Source: Camelus dromedarius (taxonomy: Eukaryota). From it: 64,000 nucleotides of DNA. The notes beneath the pieces are model-generated. The model made no database searches. It was not told the DNA's origin and was given only the letters and a program-made list of their open reading frames with translations. Positions 23,801 through 38,214 of this stretch are shown piece after piece. The position numbers were made by a program, and so were the translations under genes. The stretch spans positions 46,378,001 through 46,442,000 of the forward strand of contig NC_087436.1 in NCBI RefSeq assembly GCF_036321535.1. Direction: 5' to 3'. The stretch's first letter is position 1. Every line of letters begins with the position of its first letter.

Positions 23801-26487
23801 ATATATATAATGAGATACTGAAAGCCCCACAGTGAAGTATTAAATTTCCAATATTTGGCATATATAGGCTTTTAATTTCTTTCTAACAAATTTACAAATA
23901 GGGCATCTCTAACAATTGACCAAGGTATTGACTTTTCATTCAGAATGTCTTATAGCTCAAACTTTTCTGTTAAATAGAAAAACAAAGTATTTTTAGAAGA
24001 AAGATCTTTCCCTGAGATTTTAATCTTCAAATTATGAACAGTTTCAGAGTGCATAAAATACGAAAATTATAGAATTTTAGTTAGTGGGAACCTCAGAGAT
24101 AAAGTCCAAGCCTTCTCTTTACTTTTTAAATTAATTGACAAAAAGTGAAACCCAAACAGGAATTTGAAGGACGACATTGTCACTCATTGACACAGAACTA
24201 TTCTGCAGTGATGAAAATGAACTTATGAATGATGGTATACAATATGTTCTACCTAAGTTAATTTATTTCTAAGGGAATGTCTTTTAACATGCTCCATATT
24301 TTTAAAGGTTCAATTTATCAAAGCCATCATGTCACATCTGTTACAAAGATTAGTCCCTTGCTGATCTATAGCTAACTAATTTTCCAGAAATGACACTTTT
24401 CACAGTTTATTGTGTTCCCCTCATCATGGCACAAACCAACATCAAATGTATTTCTTGAGTGATGCTCAAGATGAATTAGCCACGTGCTTTCTGTTTCAGC
24501 ACAGAGAGGTTTCAGTTTCTTAAGAGAAATAAGAACTTGCAGGTAAAGATGTCTTTCAGGTTTCAGTCAGCCATGAAGTTTTACATTTTTGTTTTTTAAA
24601 TTCATGTGTGGTTAAGAAATAGAATAACACCAAGAAGGAAATCCGTTTTCTATTTTTAAATAATATTATCTTTCAATGACTTGAGTTAAATTTCAAAACT
24701 TTGTCAATCTTTCATTGCTTATGTTTTTACCTTAATTTAAATGAAAATAGGGTTAAGAGAAATTTTGAGAATCTACTTACTATTGAATGGAAGTATTTGA
24801 ATAATTGGCAGAATTTATGAACTTTACTTTTTCTTGCTCTTTTGGGTTCAAATATTATTTAGACAAGGTTAATATTTGTGCAAGTGAAAGAATAAAAATT
24901 CATTATGGAATGACATACTACTGAATGATATGTGTGTTTGTTGTAAAGGCTATTGCTGCAAAAACAGATTATGTTTTTTTCCTACAAACGTTAGAAGAAA
25001 ACATGATTCTACCACATTGTGAAATGGCTTTAATATTTCTCATTATTCTTTACTACTTTGGGCTCTTGATGAAAGTGAGATACTAAAGAATTTAGAAACC
25101 TGGGAAATGTCCACACCTGGAAATAGGCAGGTTAAAACTCTCTTCTCTGGGTTCACAAGGCAAAGAAGTTTCAAATGTGTTGTTTCCTTCAAAAATTTGA
25201 AAATGTGAATTATGGTTTGGTTGAGTTGCTTGAGCTCTCTCTTCTGATTGGGACCGCCTTTCGCTGTGCCTGTGGGCAGTCGCAACATGACTGTCCCAAG
25301 GGGACCAGGTTCCATTGTGGTACAGATGGTTCATGGGGGAGTAGACACGGGAGCTAAAGGAACCCGGAACCACACTACACCTGCCTTCTGACATCAGTGA
25401 AAAATCCTCTCTCAGCTTAATGGCAGAACCAGGGCCCTGATTTCCTCTGTGAATAAGGACAGTGCTACATAACTCTCATGTCCTGGTTCATGCTTCATAT
25501 ACCTGTACTGTGTATGTGCATGTGTGTGCGTGTGCATGTGTGTGAGCTTAACTGAAACTTCTCCCTAAACTCTCCTTTCAATACGAAAAGTAATAAATGG
25601 CTGAGGTTTGCAGTTTGTCAAAAGCTTTGAAAAGATGGCTTTAGTAGACTATTTCTGGAGATTTGTATTGCCTCTCCACCTCTTTAGGAAGGACCTGGTG
25701 GGTTAGCTTAATTTACTTCATGCACACCAATTATTAATACAAACGTCTACCTGGGCCTCCATCCTTTCATTTATACAGTTTCAAGGACGGCCAGTTGGCG
25801 TGCTCCAGGCAGGACACAGAACCATTTATGCATGGGGACTCGTGCTTTGTTCTCTCCCCAGTAGGCTCCTGGCATGCTGCAGCTATAGCCCGAGGAACGC
25901 TATCTTTTATCCCTCAGCAGTTATTTAGAATCATTCAGAAAGAACGTGCCGAGCCTCATCAATAGAGGTAATTTAGCCAGTGGCTCTAAAAATGCTAAGT
26001 TACATTCTCTGCCTCAACTGAGAACATTTCTATTATAGAAGAAATGAAATGTATTCAGGAAGCTCTTGATAACATTACAGCCTCTAATTTAGTCCCAGCA
26101 TCACTTAACTGCATAATGTTATCTGTTAAAATAAATTAAGGTAGTTTATTTTTCAATACAATCATTTTTACTGCAGTGAGAAGAGAGGATTTTAAGTAGT
26201 TTTTTTTTTGTTGTTGTTGTTGTTTTTTATCATTTAAGCCTTTGTGAGAAGGTCTTCCAGCTGCTTGGGAAGAAAAAGCCCAATAAAACATGGGAATCTG
26301 AAAATGTAGTAACTTCTCTGTGTCACTTGTGACTGCAAGTTCCCCCACTGAAGGGTCCATGCCTTATTTTCCCTTGTTCCTCTAGCACCATCACAGTGCC
26401 TTGGCATTTAGTAGGTTGATTGAATAAACATTCGTATAAAGATGAATTTTTAAAATATATATATAATATACCTTCCACAGTCCAAGG

Positions 26488-26712
26488 TGCAATATAGCGT
26501 AATAGTCAAAACTATCTGTCTGGAATAAGACAGATCCGAATTAATATTTCAGTGTTTCCACTAACTAGCTGTGTGACCTCGGGCAAGTCACTTACCCTCT
26601 CTTGTCTCGGTTTTCACAACTCTACAGTGGAGCTGATACAGATACCTACTAACGTCTGCAAGACCAAGAGCGCAGTGCCTGGCGTAGTGTAACAGCGTGT
26701 AAGTGTTAGCAG
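26488..26712 (+). mobile_element. MIR SINE
   Basis: CCACTAACTAGCTGTGTGACCTCGGGCAAGTCACTTACCCTCTC...CAGTGCCTGGC. Confidence 0.85.
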
Positions 26713-27689
26713 TTCAAGGAGCATACCATTGAATAGGAGGGGTAAGGCACCGCTAGCTGTAATTTAAGGCGGAATGTAACATCATAAAAGAATTAAGAAA
26801 ACGATCTGCGGCCACTCAGAAGAAATAAAGTTCGTATCTGCTGTGGGAAAGCAGGCAAATCTCTGTGAAAGAGATTAAAGCCCTAAAGCTTGGATGGGAT
26901 TTCGACCCGTGGAAGGGGCGGGAGGGCACCGGGCTGAGCAGATGGCAGGAGCAAGCCTGTGGGAGGGGTCGGGAGGCTGGAGCCACTGTGGGGAGGTCAC
27001 AGTGGCCAAGGGGCTCTTCAGAGCTGAGCCAAGGGCTTTGACTGCCAAGTCTAACTGAGCCTGGATTTGGGCAAAACTAGATGTCTTTACCTTTGATGGA
27101 GCAAAAATGCAGTTTTAAAATCGGGTCAGTCCATCCTGCTGGAACTGCCTGAGTCCTCTAAGTGCCATATTTCTTCCTCTAGCATTGCAGCGGCACTTTG
27201 TTTACCAACCACTGTACCCCTTAAAGTTCTGTGACTTGGTAAAGTTTCTTTGGCCTTGTTGCAGAAAACGTAGGAATGGGTGACTCATGGCAATTCCGTG
27301 ACAGCTCCTCATGAACAATTTCTAAAGACAAGAAGGATTGGGGAAATTCAGAGTATTGTAGGCAACGTAGTTTGCATCATTACTCTATGCTTTCAATGAT
27401 TTTTGAGTCCTAATTGAGTAAATATGGATATATTATCTTTATTATTGTTCAAGTATATGCTATTGAAATTGAATTCCTGCAACGAAGCCTAAAGAGATAG
27501 GAACATAATGAAAATAAGCTAAAAGTATGATTCAAAAACTGTTAAAACATCACTGGTTAAAAATATGATAATTGATCACACCAGACATAATGTGGATAGA
27601 ATAAAAAATTTATCTGACAAAGAAATAGAAAACACTGTCCCACAAACCTCCTGTATCCTCACTTCCCTCCTTAACAGATTAAGGGGCTC

Positions 27690-29430
27690 CATTGCTCCAT
27701 CACGGTATTCATGCTTTTACATGTGTACATTTCTGTAACTGCCTTCTCCCTCTCTCCTTCTGTCCTGGCCTGGGGAGGCCGCAAACCTACTTAAATCCAA
27801 CTCACCCTCAGCTCTGAACCTGCACCCACACTGCTGAATTTGGATAGAGAAAAACAACTCTGCTAACTGGTCTCATTTTAAACTCACCACCACTCATCTC
27901 AAGAGGATGCATAGTGCTTTCCGTGTCCATGACCCAGTCACTCTGTCCCTTTCTTAGCTATTTCAGACCTTTTTCTTGCTCTTGAATCCTCCAGCATCTC
28001 TTTCCCACTTAACTTTTCGAAAGTATTGTTTCTTATCTCTCTGAGACAATAGAAGTCATCAGACTATAACGTCTAAGTAGCGAGGTCTTACTGGATAGCA
28101 CAGGGAACTAAACTCAATATCCTGTAATAAACCATAATGGAAAAGAATATGAAAAATAATATATACATGTATAACTGAATCACTTTGCCGTACAACAGAA
28201 ACTAACACAATATTGTAAATCAACTACACCTCAATTAAAAATTTTTAAAAGACTATAACTTCTATACGCTCCCACCACCAAATCTGATAAGTTACTCAGA
28301 TCTGTACCCTCCTTTCCTTCTGCTACAAGGAGTGAACTGTCCCTTCACTTGTGCAGTTGAGGCAATCTCTTCTTCCTTGCTCAAGGTCATTGCACTTGCA
28401 ATTGCCTCTCTCCTATATCATCGATTTTTCCCTTTCTATTGGATAATTCTATTAACATAGCATAAGGTTATAATATCTTCCATCTTAAGGAAAAAAAACA
28501 ACGTCCTTGACTCCATATCTTTCCCCAGACACTGTTGCTTTTATTTACTCCCACTGCCCTTCACAGCAAAACTCCTGGAAAGAATTGTCCACAGTCACCA
28601 GACACTGTTTTCTCCCTCTTTTGACACTCACTCTGCTGGAATCGTTCTTGTCAGGGTCACTGAGTACCTTCACCATGACAAATTTAGGGGTCAGGGTTCC
28701 GTTCAAATTTTGGTGGACAATATTCAACACAGCCAGTTGCTCCCTTCTTGTTGAAACAAAGTATATGCAGAATCTAACCATTTTTACCTTCTCCACCGCT
28801 ACTATCCTGGCCCATCGCATCATTGACCTTTTACTTGAATGTTACAAAAGCCTCCTAACTTCCTACCAGGCTTATGCTCTTGCCTTCTTACACCCTTTTC
28901 CCCACAATGGACACGATCCTTTTCAAATATAATTCAGATTATGTCAATTCTCTGTACAAAATCTCCTCTCAATGGCTTTCTGTCTCACCTCAATTGAAAA
29001 CCAAGTTCTCATCATGACTTACAAAGTTCTATAAGATCTGCCTCCTCCATCTCCATGACTCCACACTTTACCCCTTTCCCATCGCTCCCTACAGTCCAGA
29101 CACATTGTCCGTTACGGTAACACCCTGTCTCTTTATGGGCCATTCCTCTTGCTGTTCGTTTCCCCTCTATTCCTCCCATGACCATCCTATAAAACAGTGC
29201 CCTCCTATTCTAGTTTCCTTATCCTTATCTATTTTCCTTTTTAGCCATTATTACCACCTGCCATGTGGTTATAAACATTCTCTCTTACAGTCTGTCTCCT
29301 CCAACAAGTAGATGGGACTTTGTTAGCAGGGATTTTGTTTTACTAATTACATTACCCATATTCCTAGGATTTGAAGAATGCCTGGCACACTGGAGTGGCT
29401 TAACAAACACTGATTGAACAAATGAATAAA
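27690..29430 (+). mobile_element. L2 LINE, interrupted by a younger L1
   Basis: Pyrimidine-rich L2 body (AAAAGCCTCCTAACT, TCAGATTATGTCA, AATGGCTTTC) ending ATGCCTGGCACA...TGATTGAACAAATGAATAAA. Confidence 0.7.
28071..28249 (+). mobile_element. Cetartiodactyl L1 3' end with 10-bp TSD
   Basis: ATAGCACAGGGAACT...TAATGGAAAAGAATATGAAAAA...ATAACTGAATCACTTTG...GTAAATCAACTA; TSD agactataac at 28061-28070 and 28250-28259. Confidence 0.9.
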
Positions 29431-30269
29431 CAATCAATCTTACTTTTCCCACCTCCATCCTGCATTCAGCAGACTTCTACTTCAGGATGCCTTGAGATTT
29501 AGGGCTTGGAACACTTCCATCTTCTGCCTCTGTGGATCCAAATGTATCTACATCTATCCTCACTTCCTTTCTCCTCTTCTTAGACAAGAGGATGCCCTTT
29601 CTCTTCACCCTGATTCTCTGACAGCACTTCCTTTTGTGTTCTCCTATACATTGATTTTGCTCTACAAGCCAGTTTCTTTCTTTTCAGCTAACAGTTTTCT
29701 GCCAGTTTGCAAACATTTTCAAGTCCTTTCCACCTTACTGCAAAAACAAACAAAAAAACTTCTCTCCAACTCTGTATCCCTTTTAGCTACTATCCTGTTT
29801 CTTTTCTCCTCTTTACACATAGTCACTCAAAATAACTGTCTACTGAGGCTGGCAGAGAATTGGTACACAGGCTTTCCACTTTTTGCCTTCTGTAGACATT
29901 GCTGATTAATCCCAGCGCCCTTCCCTGAAATCTCTAACCCAGCCTCAGAACCTTCTTTTCACACATTATTCCAAGTGGCCATTGGCAACCAGACTTGCCA
30001 CTTCGGGTGACACCTGCTTGCCACCTCTGGAGCTTATTCTTAATGTTCTCACCCACTGCTCAAACAATTAGAGTAAAGATTCTAACTTCCTAATGGTTAA
30101 ATGCAATGGATTCTTTGTAGTCCTCATTTTAATTTCTCTTTTCAAAATTCTCTCTACTCTTTGGCTTTATAAACTCGAGTTTGTTGTTGTTTCTAATTAT
30201 TTTCCTCCTCAGTTTCCTATTGGGGACACTCTTCTTCTGTTGCCCCTAAAATGTTTGTATTTGTCTACC

Positions 30270-30428
30270 CAGGGGCTCTTAGCTGGGATGGATGATTTGC
30301 TAGAGAACCCACAGATGGACTTGAGGGGTTTTTTTGTGTGTGTGCAAAATATTGTTTGATATATAGAAGTCTCTAGCTAGAGCAGCTACAGCTTTTAACC
30401 AATTCAGAAGAAGGTTAAGAATGATTGC
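30270..30428 (-). mobile_element. Degenerate MER103C-like hAT MITE
   Basis: GTGTGCAAAATATTG...AGCTTTTAACCAATTC...AAGGTTAAGAATGATTG terminus, resembling the copy at 10893-11044. Confidence 0.45.
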
Positions 30429-30489
30429 TATTTGCTTCTCTTGAATAATCTCACCATGATTTCAACCACCAGCGTGATACAAGTGAGAG

Positions 30490-30700
30490 CAAAAAAGTGT
30501 TCAAGACAGACAACCTCATGTCCAGATTCCAGCTTCACATTTTAGAAACTGTGACTGGGAACATTACCTCACTTCCCTGAAATTTGGTTTGCTCAACTAC
30601 AAAATGATGGAAATGGCCCCTAATTTGTAGAGTTGTTGTAACGGAGATGTCATTTGTAAAGCTCTTGGTGTCTTGTGGTGGTCAGTAAGGGATAGTTGCT
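30490..30700 (+). mobile_element. MIR SINE (degenerate)
   Basis: CTGTGACTGGGAACATTACCTCACTTCCCTGA...CTACAAAATG...AGTTGTTGTAA. Confidence 0.55.
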
Positions 30701-31904
30701 ATGATGCAGCCCCAAACATCTTGGTCCCTAAAGCACATCAGCCTCCCTGCTTGCAGAGCTTCTCCTCCCCAATTTTGAAATAGGTTTTCACTTTTAGGGT
30801 TCTATCTCACCAGAGCAAAAAGCATTATGCAACTCGTGCATGATCAATTAATTGACTCTGTTGGCATGCATTTATTAATGCAAACGTCTAATACAACTGC
30901 AGAGAATACTGTCAAGTTTATCTTTTTGCACGATATTTAGAAAATTGGACTTGGGCACTTGTATAAATTTAATCAGACTCAGAGATATTTGCAAATTGGC
31001 TTCCACTATTTATCTGGTGCAATCAAAATAGCTCTCTTTCAAAGATGTTAATAAATATGGCAGAAAACAAATTATTCATTGTATACAATTTAAGAAAAAT
31101 TGGCTGGACAATAAAAATTGCCTTTGCATTCTTTAAAAGACATGTATGTGTTTTCAAAACTGTGGAAGTTGAGCAGGTGTCTCTATTCACATGTATTCCA
31201 TGTATTTATTGTATCCTATTAAACACATGTTTGTAAACTTGTCATTTATTTACACCTTCCTGATTCCATGCCAGCTGGTGAAAAGACTTGGATATGTAGT
31301 ATATTTTAGAAGTTTGATACATATTTATATCCAAAAGCATAAGTTCTTTAAATGACTCTGTAGAATAATACAGCTAAATCCCCAAACCCAAATATTTCAG
31401 CCTGCAAAACAGCAAAGTTTCCAACAAGCTCTACTGAACAGGGATCCCTGGTCCATGTGGAGCCATGACTTCCTATACTCAGTACTTGACTCTAGAACTC
31501 TTCTGCCTCTGTCTCTACCCGAATCTGTTCCTAGAAATGATGTGGGGCACACACAGAAGGTGAATTAAAACCTTTACTTATTGAATTTCAAAGAATAGTT
31601 TTAAGAATTGTTCAACATTCTTCCAAGTAATTAAAAACACCCTGAATTGGGAGAAAGTTGGAAAATGGAATTCTAAATCACTGACCTAGATCTCTGCATG
31701 AATGAATCTAGTATGGAAAAAGTTTAAGACTTAATTAAGTTTCTGCTTAGAAGTTTTCTGCAGTGCATTCAGGAATCATGCTAAGTATTTTTTTTAATCA
31801 AGATGTGGACCTAATAAAATTTTGTGGAGTATGGAAAACTCTAAAGATAGAAATAATTGCTCACAATTCCACCACCCAGAGATAACCGGTATTTTCGTGT
31901 ACTA

Positions 31905-31985
31905 ATTTTCTCCTCCTCTCTCTCCCTTTCCTTTCCCTTCCTCCCTCCCTTCTTCCTTTCTTTTCTTCTTTTTTTCTCTCTTCCT
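31905..31985. repeat. CT-rich low-complexity tract
   Basis: About 80 nt of almost pure C/T. Confidence 0.85.
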
Positions 31986-34900
31986 ATAGATTTACAAATA
32001 TATATCTAATTAAATACATACATATACATATGTAGAATTAGATCCTAGAAAATAAATATTCTGTGTTTTATATACTATGATATAAATAAAATAGATGAAG
32101 TTTATAATTGGAATTGCACTGCATTTTCAGTGTTATATCAATAGGAAATAATCAGATATAGTCAAATATTTACATAGAAAGCTGTAAACATTGTTTATAA
32201 TAGCAAATATCTAAATCACCCTCAGTGGACTATTAGGCATCCAATACATTTTAATGATGTAAATTAATGCATAGAGTCTTTATCTTTCTTATGCTCTGTA
32301 TGTGAAAATTTAATGACAAAAAAGCACATAATAAAACTACTTTTTTTACGTACCCGTTATGAACATTTAATCATAAGAAAGAAAAGATAAATATAGTATT
32401 GTATTAGAAAATATAATAACGTTTCAAAGTTATTGTGGGAATGATAACTGTTAATCTGCTTAAATATGAGTAAATCTCTAAATACATCATATTATTTATT
32501 TATGAAAGGCAAATATGAAAGAAATCTTCCAAGTTTTGAATGAATTTTTGTTTTCTTTACATTGAGCCCAACAAAACCATCTCTGTGTTCTTGCTCTCTT
32601 TCTCTTTCAAATAATTAAAAAACAAAAAGACATATTCATCATGCTTGAGACTATAACTATTTATTGTCCTCTCAAGAAGAGTATGACTTTTCCTCCCCAG
32701 AATTAAAACTACTGAGGATTAAGTATTTTTCAAAAGAAAACCTTAAATTGAAATACTCTTATCTAAGTTATATTATGTGACTGTGGCTAAGGTAAGAATT
32801 ATTAATATCTATCCTATGGAGTGACACAACAGGCAATATAAATTATGAATAACATTTATTTCAGCCAAGCATATAAGAATCCTTGGAAGCAATGAGCAGC
32901 TGTAGACACTGAGAGATTATGCAGTCTTTGCAAAGCCATTTTTTAATTAATACACATAATCTGTAATGCTTTGTTTATTCAATTGCTTTTCTCTGTACTT
33001 TATCATTTACATATTAATTTGTTTTTAAAACTAATAGACACTTTTATCTAAATTTGAATTAGTTAAATGAATTGTTGGTGTTGGTTTTATAGCCTACTTT
33101 AAAATTGCCATGCTCAAATTGTATAGCATTTTATAATTTACAAAGCAATTTGATATAATATTCTCACATTAAATAGGTATGGAGGCTTAATCAAACTAGG
33201 GAGTGGTTTTTCTTCAGGATAGCACTCGCATGCTTTTTGTTCTGAGGCATGCATATAGGTATCTGAATCCTCCTCTGACACCTCTGCAAGCTTCTGCCTT
33301 GGTTCCACTCTATTATCTGAAGAAGATTCCATTGAGGGAGGAGACTTCCTCTTTGACGTAGATGTGTTTATTCTGCAGTGAATAGAAACCAATAGAACTT
33401 GTTCTGGGTTAGACTGAGAAGCTACATTTTAAAAATATTACCCTGTAATGTAAAGGTGGTCAACTTTCTAATGGTTCTCTAAAAATATTGTAAACCATCT
33501 TTGGAGCAGTCAAAATATTCTCACCTTTCAGCAATTCAGCTACTGTTTCTGAAACACGTTATAACTTGGGCACTGGGATATTGGGAGTTAAACGTGAATA
33601 GATTCACAGTGTAGGGAGGATGAGCAAGATTCCTGCTTCCTGGTGCTGCAGAGACTGCATCCGTTCTACTTAATCACACAGACTTGAGGTCAAACTGCAA
33701 CTCTTGAAAGGTTAGGGGAACCCATTGAGATGGCTCTATAATAGGATTCCTGTGGGTCCTCAGAACCTCTGCCAGCAGAACAGTCCTACCCCTACTCACA
33801 GTTCCTGTGATGCTGCTCTAAAGCTTTTTTATGGCTGGATGCTTGCTTCAGGTGCTATTTTCTCCTGAAGAGGAAAATAAGCTTGACATCCACATGTGTG
33901 GACTGGAGAGTTTTCAAGAGACAATGAAGTTACAGTGATCATCTTCAAATGATCTTTTTAGACTGTAAGTGTTCTAAAATGCACAGCATAAAAATTATTT
34001 ATTGAAGTTTTTTTTTTTTCAATTCAAGACAGTGAAATGAATCTGAATTTGAGGGTACTAAAAGTGGTGATCAAGCTTGGGTTTCTTAACGATGAGTTTC
34101 TAAGTTATTGAAGTGATTTCTTTCCAATTACCTCGAAGCAGAGGTAGCACCTTTTAGAGTTGCATAAACAATACTAATATTCCCTCAAGTTTTTGAAAAT
34201 GAAAGTGATTTTATTTACTATTTATCGCCGTAAAGATATATGTGGGTCTGCTATCCTAATCAGTATTTCAAAGTAAGGCCGTATTTTAAAAGTACAAATT
34301 TTGCATGCGTTTCTGTGCGTGTGCTCATAGAAAAGCAGCATTTGTCCCATCTGACAAGGAATGACACAGAATTACGAGCCATAAAAAAGTATCATGTAGT
34401 GAAACTAATTGCCTCAGTCAGAAATCTAAATGACTTTGTCGATTTAGAGAAGAGTGTTGGCACTTTCTGGCAACCATACTTGTGATAACAACTTAACAAA
34501 GAATGGCTCACATTGCTCTTTAATTGCCTCAAGGAACAATACACACTCCAGTGCCATGTCATCTCATTTATCATGTTGCATTGTGGTTTACTTGCCTCAC
34601 GAAACTTTCAGCTTTCTTTGAACACTTCGCTGTCAAACATCAGCTACTGGCTGATTGTTTTCCACCACACTGTTCTGATTACCACGTTTTAAAGTCAGCT
34701 CCTCCTGCTGTTTCTTTTTCTTCACACTGGTGCCTTAGCTGCCTGGAGGGCATTGCATCGAGCTGTTGACTACAGTAAATCAGCAACTCGGAGTATTCAG
34801 CCTTCTCCATCTTTACATGTATGTTCAAATTTCACTGTTTCTGTGATTTAATTATTTCCCTTGGCATGGCTCCTGATTGTACTAGACTCAGGTTTTTATT

Positions 34901-36460
34901 TATAGAAATGTTTTGGTGATCTGCTTGGGGAAAAGTTCCTTTTCAAAAATTCCATTTTTAAAAATTCAACTTGAGCTGTATTTTGTGAACCTTAATCATA
35001 ATTTATTACTACTAATTTAGAATGTATTTTAGAAAACCCAAAGAAATTAGGTTTTCCTTTTGACTACTAATAATGTTCACTATGTATACATTAGAATAGA
35101 TTTGAAAAATATCCATTAATGAATGAAAATACTTATTTTTCACAATGAACTATTCAGAGACAACTTAGAGCAATTCTGAGATACTTCTTTAGGTGATTTG
35201 TCTGTGGGGAGGTCTTCCTCACACAGTGCCCTCGGTCACCAGGGAGTTCCTGAGATGCTCTTCTTGGGCTCTCTTCACTTCACCTTCTATGCTCTGCACT
35301 CCCGTCGGGGAAGCTGACTCTGCCATGCCCACGGAAACCTCTCCTTTGATCATTTCTCCTACTTGGCAGATGGCTCTATTTCCAGAACTACAAGGCTGCA
35401 GCTGCTAGACTGTTTTCTTACAGGTATTCTAGGGGTCTGCTAGTGAATAGTTTGTTACATCACATTGAGTGAGAAGACTTGGGGTCAGCAATCCTGGAAT
35501 CTTGTGTAAGATTTGTAAGGTTTCCATTGTGTAATCCACGTTTTAAGGAGAGTTACCAAACTTGTCATGTTGTATGCATCGTTTTCTGGGAAGCCTCTCT
35601 ACCAACCTACTTCCGTCTCTCTGTTTCATGTTCCCCACCCTACACATATGCACCTGCCTGCGCACACATCATGCACACCTGAAATTCATACCACAGGTTA
35701 GGGTAATCTGAGTCCCTGGTACTATATACTTTCCAATGCCGATGTAGAAGTCGACTTTTTAATCTTACCATTATTTACTATTTGTTCACACTATCACTAA
35801 CATAAAATTCATAATGCAATGTATATTGGTATATAATAACATACAAATTTATACGCACATTGTGCTAAAATCATTTGTTCAGTGTAATGGCAGAAATGCC
35901 ACATATTGAAGATAAACAGAAAAAGCCTGTAATTTGTAAAACAACCATAGGAATCAAAATGTCTCAGCAATGATGCTCAAATATATTCTTTTGAAGAGAT
36001 TCTTTCTGATCTTAGAGAATTCTACATTTTAGTTTCCACAAAAAAAAAGTATATAGGAGATGTATTTTGAGTTTCTATGAAAGATGTATGTTTGCATTCC
36101 TGAGTATGTGTTAGTTTAAAACTTCAGAAAGAGAAGCTTAAAGCATCCAGAGACAGAGCGAGAATGCAAGTGAGAGTGAGCACACACTGTAATTTCATCC
36201 ATTATGTGGATCTGGGAAGATCCAGATTTACATGTAGGTGAACAGCCCAGTACTTTGAGGCTCTCCATGCTTAGGGCTGATGTCAGGGCTGTCTGTTACC
36301 CTCTAGAATCTTTGCTGACCTGGTTTCTATACAGGTGTCAGTTAAGAGGCTGGATGCCTGATGGTCCTAGGTCTGCATCTAGAAGCAGAGATTCACACTG
36401 TTGAAGCTTGGGAGTGGTTGGGAAGTTTAGTGTCGACTCACATGAAGAGTGCTCTGCTAC

Positions 36461-36829
36461 AGACAGAGACAGATATCATATGAGACCACTTATACATGGG
36501 ATCTAAAAAATGACACAAATGAACTTATTTATAAAACAGAAAGAGACTCACAGACATAGAAAGCAAACTTACGGTTACCAAAGGGTAAAGAGGAATGGAA
36601 GGATAAATTGGGAGTTTGGGATTAGCAGATGCACACTACTATATATAAAAGAGATAAACAACAAGGTCCTACTATAGAGCACCGGGAACTATATTCAATA
36701 ACTTGTAATAATTTATAATGGAAAAGAGTATGAAAAAGAATATAAATATATATAACTGAATCACTATGCTGTACAATAGAAACAAACACAACGTTGTAAA
36801 TCAACTATACTTCATTTTTTTAAAAAAAT
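36461..36829 (+). mobile_element. Cetartiodactyl L1 3' end with 16-bp TSD
   Basis: CACTTATACATGGGATCTAAAAAATGACACAAATGAACTTATTTATAAAACAGAAAGAGACTCACAGACATAGAAA...GTAAATCAACTATACTTCA; TSD aagagtgctctgctac at 36445-36460 and 36830-36845. Confidence 0.93.
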
Positions 36830-36904
36830 AAGAGTGCTCTGCTACCGTTGTTGATCTGAGTGAGTATGCATATAGCTGTGAGCTTAAACTTCCAGAGTGA
36901 AAGG

Positions 36905-37105
36905 CAGAATAACTTGGTGGAAAATGCATGAACTTTGGAATCAGTTTTGGGTTTAAATTCTGGCTTTTCTATCCATAGACTGTGATTTTTAGCTTATTTC
37001 TATGAGCCTCAGTTATTTCACTTATAAAATGCAGAGTAGGTATAAGGAATAAATGGAGGAATGTATCTAAAACTTCCTGGAATGCAGTAAGAAATTAATG
37101 AATGG
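36905..37105 (+). mobile_element. MIR SINE (degenerate)
   Basis: GAACTTTGGAATCAG...GGGTTTAAATTCTGGC...TGAGCCTCAGTT...TAAAATG. Confidence 0.6.
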
Positions 37106-38214
37106 TGTTCTCTTTCTCCCTCCCCATCACTTAAGAGTACAGAAGTTGGGTGTGTAATCCTGGTTTGACTAGATAAAACCAAGCCACCCACATTTTCAGA
37201 CAAAGCTCTTGAAAATCATTTGTTCTCTCCCCAGTCAGAGAACAAGTACCTAGAGAAATTCCAAGCCTGGAGAGGGGCTGAGAGAGAAAGAGAGAGAGGG
37301 TCTTCTCTGGGAGCTGTATTAGCGCCATGCTTTCATGTAATACCCAGTGGCATGCAGCTGATACAGTGAGATTATACGTTATTTATTTTTTAAGTTTCTC
37401 TAACTCAGTGTGAACTTTTTCTTTCATCTCATCTTACACAAAACCCAATTGGAGATTTTAAGAAGGTTATACGTAATCAATACTTTTATTCACAGGTGAT
37501 TTGCATTTGTGAGAAGCATTTGCAATTACTGCTGCTTTGAAATTTTTATCAGCTTAAGCAACAAGAAAGTGACATTTAAAATGAATCAGATTGACCAGAG
37601 GTTACGTAATCTATTGATTGTGTGAGGAGTTATGATGCGCTGTAATTGAGCCAAAGACCTCTTATATCCTTTGGAAATGCCCTTAGGTTGAATTCTGCAG
37701 AGTACAAGATATATGTTTATTTTTAAAAATCAATAAAATACTATTGAAATAGTGAGAAATTCAAAGAGCTACTGAATTCTGAAACTAAAATATCTGCCTC
37801 TTTTTTTCTTAACTCTGTGCCATCTCTGAATATGTAGCTCATAATAATAATCTGTGCTATAGCACAGATGATGTAACCCACTCATCATGATAATGTGAAG
37901 TGTATTTCACCTTTTGCCTTCTCCTTCTCCATTTTAATTCCAGAACATACTAAAACCCTTGAGTCATTTTGGAGTTACATATAACAGATCCTAGTGTCAA
38001 GATTTTCAAAAAATAGGATAAGAGTAAAAATATTAAGATATAGTATAATTTTTTTAAAAAACACAAAGTGAAGTTTGTCAGTAATTAGGTATTATTATCT
38101 TCAGAAATATTTTGAAAAGATGTTCAGAACTAGTTGAAGTTTTGGGAATGAAAATATTCACTTAAGAAAACAATTTCGTAATTGTTTTCCTTTTCTCTTT
38201 TTTTTAAATTTCAG

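Noticed and set aside
28507..29905. 141-aa and 137-aa hydrophobic ORFs
   Set aside because: Chance ORFs in or next to pyrimidine-rich L2 sequence.
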